In this document: positions 19,905 to 29,588 of the stretch, piece by piece
How positions within the stretch are numbered: the stretch's first letter is position 1
Layout: every line of letters starts with the position of its first letter
DNA from: a virus
Taxonomy: Duplodnaviria > Caudoviricetes
Length of the DNA: 56,853 bases
Strand: one strand, 5' to 3'
IMG/VR virus record: IMGVR_UViG_3300031953_000013
Coordinates: 1 to 56,853 of that record
Program-made: the position numbers and the translations under genes
Notes under the pieces: model-generated
What the model was told of the DNA's origin: nothing
What the model saw: the letters and a program-made list of their open reading frames with translations, nothing else
Database searches by the model: none

Positions 19905-20469
19905 AAGATTTAGTCAAGAATTTATAGACGCCGCTAGCAAGCCACATGTTGACTGGATTTATTTATGCCGCTTGGAATTTGACTCCGGGACCTTGGCGTT
20001 TTGCAGTCTTACGCATACTTTCCGTTATGACGGGGTCGACTACGTTGGGCGAGGTACGCTAGGTAATGTTTCCAAGTTACAGGAAAATAATAAGCTAGAC
20101 CCCATTCGCTTTCAGGTACGTCTAGCTGGCGTAGACCCCATAATATTAGAAGCGGTTTTAAACGAGCCGTATATTAACCGCCGAGCAGTTTGCTACTTAG
20201 GGGTCCTCGGAGAAGACGGTCAATTAGAATGCGACCCGGTAATCTACTTTAAAGGTACCATGGACCAGCCGACGTGCGAGCATGGCAAGACCGGTATGAT
20301 AGAGGTTACCGTTACAGACGAAAGCGCGGACTGGACTCGTGTGCGGTCCGAGCGGTACACCGATCAGGACCAGCAAGCCGTGTACCCCGGTGATAAGGGT
20401 TTCGAGTTTGTATCCAGTATAGCCTCTAAAGAGGTTATATGGCCCGCTTCCACCTTCTTCGATAAGTAA
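19897..20469 (+). CDS. Minor tail/baseplate hub protein
   Basis: Y.G.G.LG and RYTDQDQQ..YPGDKGFEFV motifs. Confidence 0.75.
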   Translation: MPKRFSQEFIDAASKPHVDWIYLCRLEFDSGTLAFCSLTHTFRYDGVDYVGRGTLGNVSKLQENNKLDPIRFQVRLAGVDPIILEAVLNEPYINRRAVCYLGVLGEDGQLECDPVIYFKGTMDQPTCEHGKTGMIEVTVTDESADWTRVRSERYTDQDQQAVYPGDKGFEFVSSIASKEVIWPASTFFDK

Positions 20470-20479
20470 GGAATAATGT

Positions 20480-23400
20480 ATGGGTTTCTTCAGTAGTGCG
20501 TGGAGTAGCGTTAAAGACGCCTTTAGCGATGTAGGAGACGCACTTGGAAGCGCAGTCGAGAGCGTCGGGGACGCCTTCGGAGACTACTGGGACTCGGCGG
20601 CCAACTTCCTGACCTTGGGGCTTTATGACAAAGTCGGCGAGTGGATTGGCGACCTGTTTTCGATGCCGACGCCACCATCCCCGTCCGAATATTTATCCGA
20701 CCGTAAAAATACCGTCCGAGCGCCCGCTAGCAGCCGAGCCGTAGTATACGGGTCCGCTCGGGTAGGGGGCCAAATTGTTTACTTGGAGTCCTCTGGAGCT
20801 GACGATAAATACCTGCATTTAATAGTCGTGTTCGCAGCCCACGAAAGCAGAAGGATCCAAGCGATTTACTTTGGCGATGAAGCGGCCGCCACCGAGATTA
20901 GCATTGGGAGTAAAACGTACACCATAGCTTCGGAGTACGCCGGGCTTTTGGACGTTCACGTGGAACTCGGTGACCAGACGTCGGTCGATGCCGGGATGTT
21001 GGCCATGATCCCGGATAACTGGACCGTTAACCACAAGCTGCTTGGGCAAACCTACGTATACCTGCGGCTTACTTACAACAAGGACGCCTATAACGGCATT
21101 CCTAGAATTTCTGCTCAGGTCGATGGTAAAAACGACGTGTATGACCCGGCGACCGGGGTTACGGGTTGGACGGATAATCACGCTGCGTGTACCCGCGACT
21201 ACATGATATGGGCGCGGGGCTACAACCTGGACGTGGCGGACCTGAACGAGGCATCGTTTCTCGAAGGAGCGCAAATCTCCAACGAGGTACCGGCCACCTC
21301 GGGCGTTAAACGCTACACTGTAAATGGTACCTTTAAAATCAATACTCGTCCTCCCGCCATTTTGGAGGACCTATTAAGGGCCGGGGCGGCGACCTGTGTA
21401 AATGCGCAAGGCTCCTGGTACTATATCGCTGGTGCGTATAAGGCTCCCGACACCGACGCTTACTACACCCCAGATGATTTGGTTGGCGCTATATCCTTTG
21501 CAGCAGGGGCGCCCAAAAATGAGCGAGTCAATTATGGTAAGGGGGTATTTATATCGCCAGACCATAACTATGAGCTGGTCGATTTTGTCCCTATCGCAAT
21601 CAATAACTATATTGCGAAGGACGGCGAGGTCCTGGAGCAGGACTATTCCTTCCCGTTTACTAATGCCGGGACGATGGCTCGACGTTTAACAAAAATCTAC
21701 ATAGAGAAGAACCGCTATGGGCTTTCCGCCACCATTACCGGGCGCCCCTATATGTTTAAACATAAGGTTGGTGACCGCATAGGTCTAACCGTCCCGTCCC
21801 TCGGGTGGTCGCGTCGGGTTTTCCGTGTCGAGGCTATTCCGAGTTTTGACCCAATGGCGGGCATTAACTTTCGCCTTCGAGAGGACGTAGCCGATATTTA
21901 TGATTGGTCCGAAGGCGAGGAGCTGGCAGTTCCGGTCCCGGCGCCAGTCAACCTTCCGAATCCGTATTCATTACTACCGCCGACTGGCCTTAATATTAGC
22001 GAGGCGCCCTATACTGACTCTAACGGGGTGCTACGGGTAAAAGTGCAGTTTTCCTACGTCGCTGGGTCGTTGGCCGCCTCTGCCTTTAATGTCGAGGTTA
22101 AGCTAACCTCGGATACTGGTTGGCGTCGTGTGTTTTCAAACTGGTCCGATACTACCGCCACCATATTCGACCTGGAACCGAGCACCTTTGATTTCCGCGT
22201 CCAAGGGATTAACGCTATCGGTACCCGTTCGGATTGGGCGTCTATTACCTCGACCGTTGATAGCCTAACTTCAAGTGCGGTTACTGCTGTCGGTTTGTTT
22301 GAGCTTACCAATACGCCAAAAGACCCAGATGCGATCTTTAGCACTGTCGTTGTTAACGTGGGTGCGCCGGCAGATCCAGACTTTGACTACGCCACTATAG
22401 AGTATAGAAAATCTGGAGATCCTAGCTGGACGCTTATAGGGCCAACAGATCAGAACCTGGCTGCGAGGTTTGTCACTAAGTCAGACGGGCTGACGTATCA
22501 ATTCAGAGCTTTCTCTGTGTCCGTAGTTGGGATTAGGTCATCAGTCTCGGTATCTAATTCTATTACTATTTCAAACACTACTGACTTTGAGCAGCCGGAT
22601 ATTTGGGACTTGATTGCTGTTCCTCCGGTACATGGCCTTGAGCTTTTCGCACAGGGTAATGATTCCGAGTTCGGCGGTAAAGACGCCAAGTTTGAATGGA
22701 GAAAGACAACCATATCCCAGTGGCTGCCCATTGGGGGCGAGGGGTTTGCCGGGGCTTCTGGCGGCAACCTTGACCAGTATTTCAGGGACTATCAAGTCGA
22801 AGTATGGGCTGACAATAAGATTGTAAGGACAGAATTTATATTCGATCCTTCCTATGTCTACGCCTTCGAGAAGAATGCGGAAGACTACCGGCGAGAGAAT
22901 AGCGAGTCAGGCGCGTGGAGAGAGTTCCAGCTAAGGGTCTATTGCCGTAGCCGTGCCGGTGGAATCAGCGAGTCGCCGGCAGTACTGGACGTATCGAACA
23001 CAGCCCCCGACCCATTATCAGCCCTGTCAGTCGTGCCAGGCTTCAGCGTTATCGAGATCAGTTACCTGAGGCCGGATGACCTGGATTTTGCAGGCGTTGA
23101 TATCTGGCTCAGCGAAACCCAAGGCTTTGATCCTGATACCACAGCACCAGTGGCAACCGTCTCTGATAATAGCTATGTAGTCTCCGGGCTTACAGATGGA
23201 ACATTGTACTATGTACGGCTTCGCCCGTTCGACCTGTTCGGGCGCACCGGCACCAACACCAGCGCAGAGTTTTCAGTCACAACGAAAACAGCACAAGACC
23301 TTAGTGGCTTGTCTGGGTGGGCTTATGAGGTTGATCCGGTAAATCGAACCTTCATTCAAGACAACATCGAAGGCGGCGCGATTGATCTTGGAGACCCTGT

Positions 23401-24283
23401 AGTCGGCGGGCAACTAGGGACTGCTAAGCTGGCGGATCTTTCGGTAGAGGCCGGTAAGCTAGCGGAAAGCAGCGTCACTGCAACCAAAATTGCAAACCTC
23501 GCAGTAGGAACAGCGGCGATAGACACGGCAGCAGTCACCAATGCGAAGATTGCCAACCTAGCCGTTGGAACAGCCCAGATACAGGACGCATCAATACAGT
23601 CTGCCAAGATTGGTGATGCTCAGATAACGAATGCCAAGATTATTGACCTAACTGCATCCAAGCTAACGGCTGGAACAATCAACGCAACTGAGACAATCAC
23701 AGCAGAAGGCTTAATCCGATCTGTTGATAATATAAACACACCACAATATCAAACAGGGATTGGCCCACTCACTATTGATGGAACAACCTACCTCATGTGG
23801 GGGTACAACGCGGCAGGCGCTGTTGGTGATAAGTTGCGGTTTGGTATTGATGAGATTGGCAATGCATATTTCCGTGGTGACTTGGAAGCATCCAGCTTCA
23901 CCAACACTGAGTTGACGATAGATTCCGCGGGCAATGTGACCAGCACAGGGACATTCAGATTTGGGGGTGTGTCTGACAACTTCATCAACTTCAACGGAAC
24001 GCAGCTTGAGATAGATACTGATAACTTCAGTGTTGATGCCGCTGGCAATGCTTCGTTTAGTGGGGATGTCGTCGCTTCTGACGTTAGGTCTGGAAAGACT
24101 TCACTGATTGACACAACTGCCGGTTATTATCTTGACAATTCGGGAAGCCTTGCTATTGGCGATGCAAGTGTATCATTATCGTTCGATAATACAGGTCTTA
24201 CTATGAATGGTGGCGTTATAAAATCAGCAGATGGTAAATTTGTAATAGACCTAGTTAACAAGTTTATCAGTATAGAGGTGTAG
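20480..24283 (+). CDS. Central tail fibre / tip attachment protein (lambda J-like) with Fn3 domains
   Basis: 1267 aa; VVYG..RVGG, Fn3 repeats and AVTNAKIANL repeats. Confidence 0.85.
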   Translation: MGFFSSAWSSVKDAFSDVGDALGSAVESVGDAFGDYWDSAANFLTLGLYDKVGEWIGDLFSMPTPPSPSEYLSDRKNTVRAPASSRAVVYGSARVGGQIVYLESSGADDKYLHLIVVFAAHESRRIQAIYFGDEAAATEISIGSKTYTIASEYAGLLDVHVELGDQTSVDAGMLAMIPDNWTVNHKLLGQTYVYLRLTYNKDAYNGIPRISAQVDGKNDVYDPATGVTGWTDNHAACTRDYMIWARGYNLDVADLNEASFLEGAQISNEVPATSGVKRYTVNGTFKINTRPPAILEDLLRAGAATCVNAQGSWYYIAGAYKAPDTDAYYTPDDLVGAISFAAGAPKNERVNYGKGVFISPDHNYELVDFVPIAINNYIAKDGEVLEQDYSFPFTNAGTMARRLTKIYIEKNRYGLSATITGRPYMFKHKVGDRIGLTVPSLGWSRRVFRVEAIPSFDPMAGINFRLREDVADIYDWSEGEELAVPVPAPVNLPNPYSLLPPTGLNISEAPYTDSNGVLRVKVQFSYVAGSLAASAFNVEVKLTSDTGWRRVFSNWSDTTATIFDLEPSTFDFRVQGINAIGTRSDWASITSTVDSLTSSAVTAVGLFELTNTPKDPDAIFSTVVVNVGAPADPDFDYATIEYRKSGDPSWTLIGPTDQNLAARFVTKSDGLTYQFRAFSVSVVGIRSSVSVSNSITISNTTDFEQPDIWDLIAVPPVHGLELFAQGNDSEFGGKDAKFEWRKTTISQWLPIGGEGFAGASGGNLDQYFRDYQVEVWADNKIVRTEFIFDPSYVYAFEKNAEDYRRENSESGAWREFQLRVYCRSRAGGISESPAVLDVSNTAPDPLSALSVVPGFSVIEISYLRPDDLDFAGVDIWLSETQGFDPDTTAPVATVSDNSYVVSGLTDGTLYYVRLRPFDLFGRTGTNTSAEFSVTTKTAQDLSGLSGWAYEVDPVNRTFIQDNIEGGAIDLGDPVVGGQLGTAKLADLSVEAGKLAESSVTATKIANLAVGTAAIDTAAVTNAKIANLAVGTAQIQDASIQSAKIGDAQITNAKIIDLTASKLTAGTINATETITAEGLIRSVDNINTPQYQTGIGPLTIDGTTYLMWGYNAAGAVGDKLRFGIDEIGNAYFRGDLEASSFTNTELTIDSAGNVTSTGTFRFGGVSDNFINFNGTQLEIDTDNFSVDAAGNASFSGDVVASDVRSGKTSLIDTTAGYYLDNSGSLAIGDASVSLSFDNTGLTMNGGVIKSADGKFVIDLVNKFISIEV

Positions 24284-24286
24284 CTC

Positions 24287-24745
24287 ATGGCAAAGAGAAT
24301 GTACGCTGATACCAACAAAACAGTTATCTATCAAAACAACAATGCGGTGATAGACAACCCGTTGGGGGATATCAACAATGTGTTCTTCCACAGCATATTC
24401 GACTACTTAGCCATACAAAATAAGGTTCGGACAAATGTTACGATACCAAGTAGTGCGGGGGGTACGTTTAACCAATGGGATATTATAAACGCATTCGCTC
24501 ATGGTTTATCATATAAGCCAACCGTGGGAGCTTACATAAACAATACTGGGATACAAGCGCCCATTGTGGGTACGTTCGTTTACTCAATGGAAGAAGGTTC
24601 AGGCGGCACACAGATACAACAACTATATGCAGTGTCTAATGATACTCATGTTGGCATACTGTATGGCAGAACTGCAAAGCCCGCCACCAGCCTACCATCG
24701 TTCGTATTGGACGTTACATTCTTCGTATATGAGGAAATTCCATGA
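24287..24745 (+). CDS. Hypothetical tail-tip protein
   Basis: Beta-rich, AHGLSYKP motif; follows J. Confidence 0.55.
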   Translation: MAKRMYADTNKTVIYQNNNAVIDNPLGDINNVFFHSIFDYLAIQNKVRTNVTIPSSAGGTFNQWDIINAFAHGLSYKPTVGAYINNTGIQAPIVGTFVYSMEEGSGGTQIQQLYAVSNDTHVGILYGRTAKPATSLPSFVLDVTFFVYEEIP

Positions 24746-25473
24746 CGCTTTATGTAGATGCGGATACGTTTACGGCTGGAGATAGCTTTGACTCTAATAA
24801 GGTTTATACGCGCCAAAGTAATGAGGCCGCATTAGACAAGTTTTACCTTCCGACAAATGAGACAACGACAATATTTCTAGGTGGTAATGCTGATAACTTT
24901 GCGTATGTGTTCAACGCCTTAGCCTGGTCTAAGGGAGTAAATGTCAACATGTTTTCATCAGCTTTATATTCGTGTACAGATGAATGGGGCACCCCAACAT
25001 CAACAGATAGCTTTGTAGCTGCAAATGATAAGATCGAGATTAACAAAAATGGGCGCCTTGCCTTCGGTACGGGTAACTCTATGCCCCACATATACTCGAA
25101 AGAGTCGGGTACAGTCTCGTTTCCCGCCCGCGCCCCTGATGCACAGGCAGCAGAAATATTTACAGATGTTGCAGTGTTGGCGACTGGGAAACTTCCTCAG
25201 ACAGATTTCGTTTTTGTCCAAGCTGAGTATACAGCTCCCGCTTACTTGAGTGGTTATAAAATAAACTTCGACGGGACGTCATCACCGTACTCCGTACAGC
25301 AAGGTTTCTCAGGAGGTCTTGAGCTCTGGGTGGCGCACTCACTTCTTGACTTCTCGGTAAATAGCTCTGGTCAACTAATAGTGACTAACCGTTGGTTTAA
25401 CCAGTCATCAGCCGGACAAAACATACCAGCGATCAACTTCTCATACACTGTGTATCTTGGCTTATTCAACTAA
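24742..25473 (+). CDS. Hypothetical tail-tip protein
   Basis: ATGA overlap with the previous gene; beta-rich. Confidence 0.55.
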   Translation: MTLYVDADTFTAGDSFDSNKVYTRQSNEAALDKFYLPTNETTTIFLGGNADNFAYVFNALAWSKGVNVNMFSSALYSCTDEWGTPTSTDSFVAANDKIEINKNGRLAFGTGNSMPHIYSKESGTVSFPARAPDAQAAEIFTDVAVLATGKLPQTDFVFVQAEYTAPAYLSGYKINFDGTSSPYSVQQGFSGGLELWVAHSLLDFSVNSSGQLIVTNRWFNQSSAGQNIPAINFSYTVYLGLFN

Positions 25474-25503
25474 CACCACAAAGAATTAAAGGGAGCAAGC
25501 TAA

Positions 25504-27261
25504 ATGCAATACAAAACAGGCACAGCAAGCGTCACAAACGGCTCCGCTGTCGTAACAGGCTCTGGCACGGCATGGTTGGCCAACGTAAGCATAGGTGACG
25601 GGTTCGTTATCGCGGGAATCCCCGCTCCCTACACCGTCTCTGCTGTCGGCACAGACACACAGATCACCCTGTCTGCACCGTGGGCCGGCGCCAGTGCTTC
25701 TGGCTCAGTCTATGCCGTGTTCAGGGACTTCACGACCAACGAGAATCTGCCTGAGCTGTCGAAAGGCGATATTGAGACAGCTACTATCTGGACTAGGGCG
25801 TTAAGGCTTGTTGATGCGCTCGTTGGCGCTGCAACGACTACTAGCAGGGGGACGGTCGAGCAGGCCACCACTCAAGAGGCATTAGACGCAACAGCAGACA
25901 AATATCCTGATGCAGCTGGGGTTCATGCGGCTGCTGAGGTGGTGGTAGCGGCTCACGTTGCAGGGAGTGACCCTCATACGCAGTACGTCCCAAAAGCCAC
26001 AGCCGAGCAGGAATTGCAGGAATACTTTGAACCACGGAGGTCCGGCAACGTGGTATGGAACCAAACGTCAGACACTTTTAGTCGGGAAGGTATGTCCACA
26101 GGAGTCACGCCGATTCATGAACGGATGCGGCGATGCCTGCTGAATGATGATGGTACGGTGAACTATTACCTTAGCCTGAACGACTCAACGCTGAAAGCCG
26201 ACGGGACTGCTGCCGTTCTGGACGGTACCGATGGTCAGGTGATGGTCGAGATTCCTAAGTGCTACGTCCGAGTTTCCACGTTATTTAACGGTGACATTAA
26301 GCGGGAGATTAGTGATTACCCCCGGTCGGGCTTCGTGCTGCACCCTGCGTTCGCTATTGGCGGTGTGTTGGCTCACGATCCCGCGCTGGACATGTGGTAC
26401 TACCAAAATCCAACCGGGGAGAAGTCAGCCACTTACCTCGGTGCGTATCAAGCCAGTGTGTATGACACCAGTGGACTGGCTTATATTGATGGCCTGAACC
26501 TGGACAATAACGACGCTAGGGTGGACTACGCAGCCGACATTCTGGGCTCCGTGTCCGGCCAGTATCCAATGGTCGGTGTCACTCGGTCACAGACGCGACA
26601 ATTGGCCAGTAACCGGGGCTCCAGTTGGTCGCAGATGACGTTCTGGCAATGGTCGCTGGTGAAATTGTTGTTCTTCGTAGAGTACGGTGGCTTTGACGGT
26701 CAGGCTCTGTTAGCAGCCGGTAGTGCCAGTGTAAGTACTGGGTATTCGGCTTCATCGTCCGTCCAGACCGATTCACCCCACTCAGCTGCCGGTAAGTCCA
26801 ATATCGTTGGTAACGGCTCAGGTGGTGTTGATAGCAGCACCCGAGACACTGCATGGATGAGCTACCGGGGAATCGAAAACTTCTGGGGTAACGCATGGCA
26901 GTTCTGCGACGGTTTTAACGTCAACGACTGGATATGGTATGTCAGTAATGACCCTGGTACCTTTACCGATGATACGGCTACCGGGTACAACCAACTCGGT
27001 GTAGCTGCACCGGCGTCAAACGGGTACATCCGGAATGTGCAGCACAACACCCTTGGTGATGTCTTAGCCGACTCGAGTGGTAATTCATCTACCGCGTTTG
27101 CCGATTATTACTACCAGAATCCAGGATGGCGGGGGGCCCGTGTGGGTGGTGCCGCCTCGGATGGTGCGCTTGTCGGTCCGTCTTTTGTCCTTGTGAGTAG
27201 TTCCTCGGGCGTTCGGTATCGGTACGTCTCCGGGCGGCTTGCTTACTCCAAAAATCAATAA
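25504..27261 (+). CDS. Tail fibre / receptor-binding protein, DGR target with C-terminal CLec (FGE-like) domain
   Basis: N-terminal fibre anchor (GTASVTNGS..VTGSGT.W), DPHTQY, VMVEIPK, LHPAF and GIENFWGNAWQFCDG; VR at the 3' end. Confidence 0.88.
   Translation: MQYKTGTASVTNGSAVVTGSGTAWLANVSIGDGFVIAGIPAPYTVSAVGTDTQITLSAPWAGASASGSVYAVFRDFTTNENLPELSKGDIETATIWTRALRLVDALVGAATTTSRGTVEQATTQEALDATADKYPDAAGVHAAAEVVVAAHVAGSDPHTQYVPKATAEQELQEYFEPRRSGNVVWNQTSDTFSREGMSTGVTPIHERMRRCLLNDDGTVNYYLSLNDSTLKADGTAAVLDGTDGQVMVEIPKCYVRVSTLFNGDIKREISDYPRSGFVLHPAFAIGGVLAHDPALDMWYYQNPTGEKSATYLGAYQASVYDTSGLAYIDGLNLDNNDARVDYAADILGSVSGQYPMVGVTRSQTRQLASNRGSSWSQMTFWQWSLVKLLFFVEYGGFDGQALLAAGSASVSTGYSASSSVQTDSPHSAAGKSNIVGNGSGGVDSSTRDTAWMSYRGIENFWGNAWQFCDGFNVNDWIWYVSNDPGTFTDDTATGYNQLGVAAPASNGYIRNVQHNTLGDVLADSSGNSSTAFADYYYQNPGWRGARVGGAASDGALVGPSFVLVSSSSGVRYRYVSGRLAYSKNQ
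27136..27243 (+). repeat. DGR variable repeat (VR)
   Basis: 108-nt ungapped match to 27327-27434; all 25 mismatches lie opposite TR adenines. Confidence 0.95.
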
Positions 27262-27299
27262 TCCATTAAACAGCTAAGGAGACTGATGGCTAAAAACTA

Positions 27300-27525
27300 G
27301 GGGTTCTTTGTTAGGCAGGGAAGGTAGCCCATGTAGGTGGTAACACCTCGAATGGTACGAATGTCAGTCCGTCTTATGTCAATGTGAATAATTCCTCAGG
27401 CAATCGGAATCGGAACATCACCAGGCAACTTGCTATAGATCACAGGAAAACAAAGAATCCCGCCGAGAGGCGTAAACGCATCCCACAAAAGCTTAGTAAA
27501 CCGGATTGGTCTGAAACGCTTGGGC
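27300..27525 (+). ncRNA. Putative DGR RNA (TR plus structured flanks)
   Basis: 13-bp complementary arms at 27300-27312 and 27449-27461; GAGA tetraloop hairpin at 27461-27472. Confidence 0.6.
27327..27434 (+). repeat. DGR template repeat (TR)
   Basis: Nine AAY codons and 30 adenines; non-coding, upstream of the RT. Confidence 0.95.
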
Positions 27526-27549
27526 GCTGTATAGCATTAAAGGATGATT

Positions 27550-28509
27550 ATGAAACGATATGGTAATCTCTTTGACGAGATCGCATCTATGGACAACTTA
27601 CGGGAGGCCCATAGAAAGGCCTCAAAAGGTAAGGGTCATTATACAGAAGTGCTGGAGATAAATAAGTGCAAAGAATTTTACCTCCAGCAGCTACACGATC
27701 AGCTTATAAGTGGTACGTACCAAACCAGCGAGTATCGTGTGATGGAGCGAGTAGAGGGGCGTAAGCTCCGTGTAATACACGTATTGCCTTATTTCCCAGA
27801 CCGGATTGTTCACCATGCCATTATGCAGGTTGTTGGTGGTATCTGGAAACGCTCGCTGATACGGGATACGTTTCAATCTTTGGTAGGTCGTGGCACCTCA
27901 GATGCACGCCGACGTGTGCAGAAAGCCATACGGAATGGAAAACCTACCTACTACCTACAAATGGACGTTAAGAAGTTCTACCCGTCAGTACAACACTGGG
28001 TCAGTAAGCTATGTGTTCGTCGCCATATAAAGTGCCCGCGTACTCTTGCATTACTAGACAACATTATTGAGAGTGTTGAGGGACTGCCTATTGGTAACTA
28101 CATATCACAGATGATAGGTAACATGGTCCTGTCTAGTGTTGATTGGTATGTAAAGCAGGCATTAAAAGCGAAGTATTACTTCCGTTATTGTGATGATCTT
28201 ATTGTACTGGGTTCGTGTAAGAAATGGTTACGGTCAGCACAAAAAAGAATTGAGCAACAGGTGAATAAACTAGGACTTATAATTAAACCCACTTGGATTA
28301 TTCAATCCTTGGAAAGCAACGGTTTAGATTTTTGTGGGTACGCCTTTTTCAGAGACTGCATTCGTCTGCGTGCGACGATCAAGTATAGGTACCTGCAATC
28401 GGTGAACGATAAATGGATAACGAGTATCAACGCTTATTGGGGGTGGTTAAAGCCACTTAACAATAAGGGTCTTTGGCAACCAGGAAGAGAGGTACTGAAA
28501 AATGCTTAA
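27550..28509 (+). CDS. DGR reverse transcriptase
   Basis: MKRYGNLF start, PDRIVHHA, MDVKKFYPS, GLPIGNYISQ (GxxxSQ), YFRYCDD, LDFCGY. Confidence 0.95.
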   Translation: MKRYGNLFDEIASMDNLREAHRKASKGKGHYTEVLEINKCKEFYLQQLHDQLISGTYQTSEYRVMERVEGRKLRVIHVLPYFPDRIVHHAIMQVVGGIWKRSLIRDTFQSLVGRGTSDARRRVQKAIRNGKPTYYLQMDVKKFYPSVQHWVSKLCVRRHIKCPRTLALLDNIIESVEGLPIGNYISQMIGNMVLSSVDWYVKQALKAKYYFRYCDDLIVLGSCKKWLRSAQKRIEQQVNKLGLIIKPTWIIQSLESNGLDFCGYAFFRDCIRLRATIKYRYLQSVNDKWITSINAYWGWLKPLNNKGLWQPGREVLKNA

Positions 28510-28819
28510 CCGATTAACACACACCCCAGTTCCATTAAATACGTATGAAGTGATGGGCCATAAAGTCCGTATCCATTTCAATGAGCAGACCGTCACGAGA
28601 ATGGGTGAAGACGGCGTAGAGGTAGCATCGTACACATACAGTACAGCATGTGTAGATAAAGTCGTAGGGCGTGATGCAGTCATTGAAGCAATTATCGCTA
28701 CACAATACCCAACCTACGGTAGCGAACTCGCAGCTATCCAGAATGGAGGTGATGCGGCTCAGGAACATGCTGACTTGCGTATCCTGGCTAAGAGTCTCGC
28801 TACGGGGTGGCTACAATAA
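28502..28819 (+). CDS. Hypothetical protein (possible tail-fibre partner/chaperone)
   Basis: Overlaps the RT stop; IIATQYP....ELA motif; not a basic four-helix Avd-like sequence. Confidence 0.6.
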   Translation: MLNRLTHTPVPLNTYEVMGHKVRIHFNEQTVTRMGEDGVEVASYTYSTACVDKVVGRDAVIEAIIATQYPTYGSELAAIQNGGDAAQEHADLRILAKSLATGWLQ

Positions 28820-28966
28820 TGTTCATAGCGCTGATATGGTTCACCCTACTCGACATTTCCTTGGCCCTGTTACGTATGCTGGGGGCTCTTGGGGCCGCCT
28901 ATGGTAATAAAAACCCTACCAAAGCACGAAGATGGTTGCGCGTATTTACACGTGGGGTTAATAGGA

Positions 28967-28988
28967 AAAGGCCCGTCACGGGGCCTTT
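28967..28988. terminator. Bidirectional terminator between convergent arms
   Basis: aaaggccc-6 nt-gggccttt. Confidence 0.7.
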
Positions 28989-29070
28989 AGTTCATTGCCT
29001 GCCCCCTCTACGACGTATTGCCACCGCTTTTATAACTCGCCCCTATACGAACGCCTAGCCCAGCTTTGCG

Positions 29071-29304
29071 TTACTCGGTGGCAACGTCTAGGCATTGTGC
29101 CTCATAAATGTGTTTGTAATCTGGCCACCCATACGCTCCATTACTGTCCATAAATATTTTGACCGAGGTGCAATACTCTCGTCCTTGGGCCTCGGCTTCG
29201 TTTACCGGGTCGGAAATAGCCGACGGCAGAAGCGTAGAGCCGACTAAAAACCCGAGTAAGCCGAGACCGGAGGCGATACGCTTCTGCGCCTTGGTAAGGT
29301 GCAT
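29071..29304 (-). CDS. Hypothetical membrane-anchored protein
   Basis: N-terminal TM; YC..V......GWPDY motif. Confidence 0.65.
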   Translation of the reverse strand: MHLTKAQKRIASGLGLLGFLVGSTLLPSAISDPVNEAEAQGREYCTSVKIFMDSNGAYGWPDYKHIYEAQCLDVATE

Positions 29305-29588
29305 TATAGGATCCCGTGTGGCGCGCCACGAAAATTACCTTCCGCTGCCCCGACCTGGATCAGGAAACCCGCAACCGTTCTGCGCCCAAGACTAACCTCT
29401 TTCCATTCTCTTTTTGTGGAACGATGGGTACGACCGACCGACGTGTACGCCATTTCCTGGCGGGTAAGAACCCGGCCGTCCTCGCTGACCACAATACGCA
29501 TCTCGATCTGCTGGGTAAAAGCCTTATGCGCATCGGTGCCCCATGTGTACGGGTTTGGGGCGTCTACGTTGGTAAGATATTTTTTCAT
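29304..29588 (-). CDS. Hypothetical protein
   Basis: RBS aaggtgg; coupled to the next gene. Confidence 0.55.
   Translation of the reverse strand: MKKYLTNVDAPNPYTWGTDAHKAFTQQIEMRIVVSEDGRVLTRQEMAYTSVGRTHRSTKREWKEVSLGRRTVAGFLIQVGAAEGNFRGAPHGIL

Larger units (their letters stand above)
27136..28509 (+). mobile_element. Diversity-generating retroelement (VR-TR-RT), no avd seen
   Basis: Adenine-specific TR/VR pair adjacent to a DGR-class RT. Confidence 0.95.

Noticed and set aside
20480-25473. Second DGR variable repeat in other tail genes
   Set aside because: No TR-like match found by eye; a BLASTN of TR against the genome would be decisive.
27384-27566. 60-aa ORF MNNSSGNRNRN...
   Set aside because: It is the TR read in the VR frame (AAY-rich), not a protein gene.
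27550-28509. RT as group II intron, retron or Abi RT
   Set aside because: No maturase/endonuclease extension or retron VTG motif; GxxxSQ plus the TR/VR pair identify a DGR.
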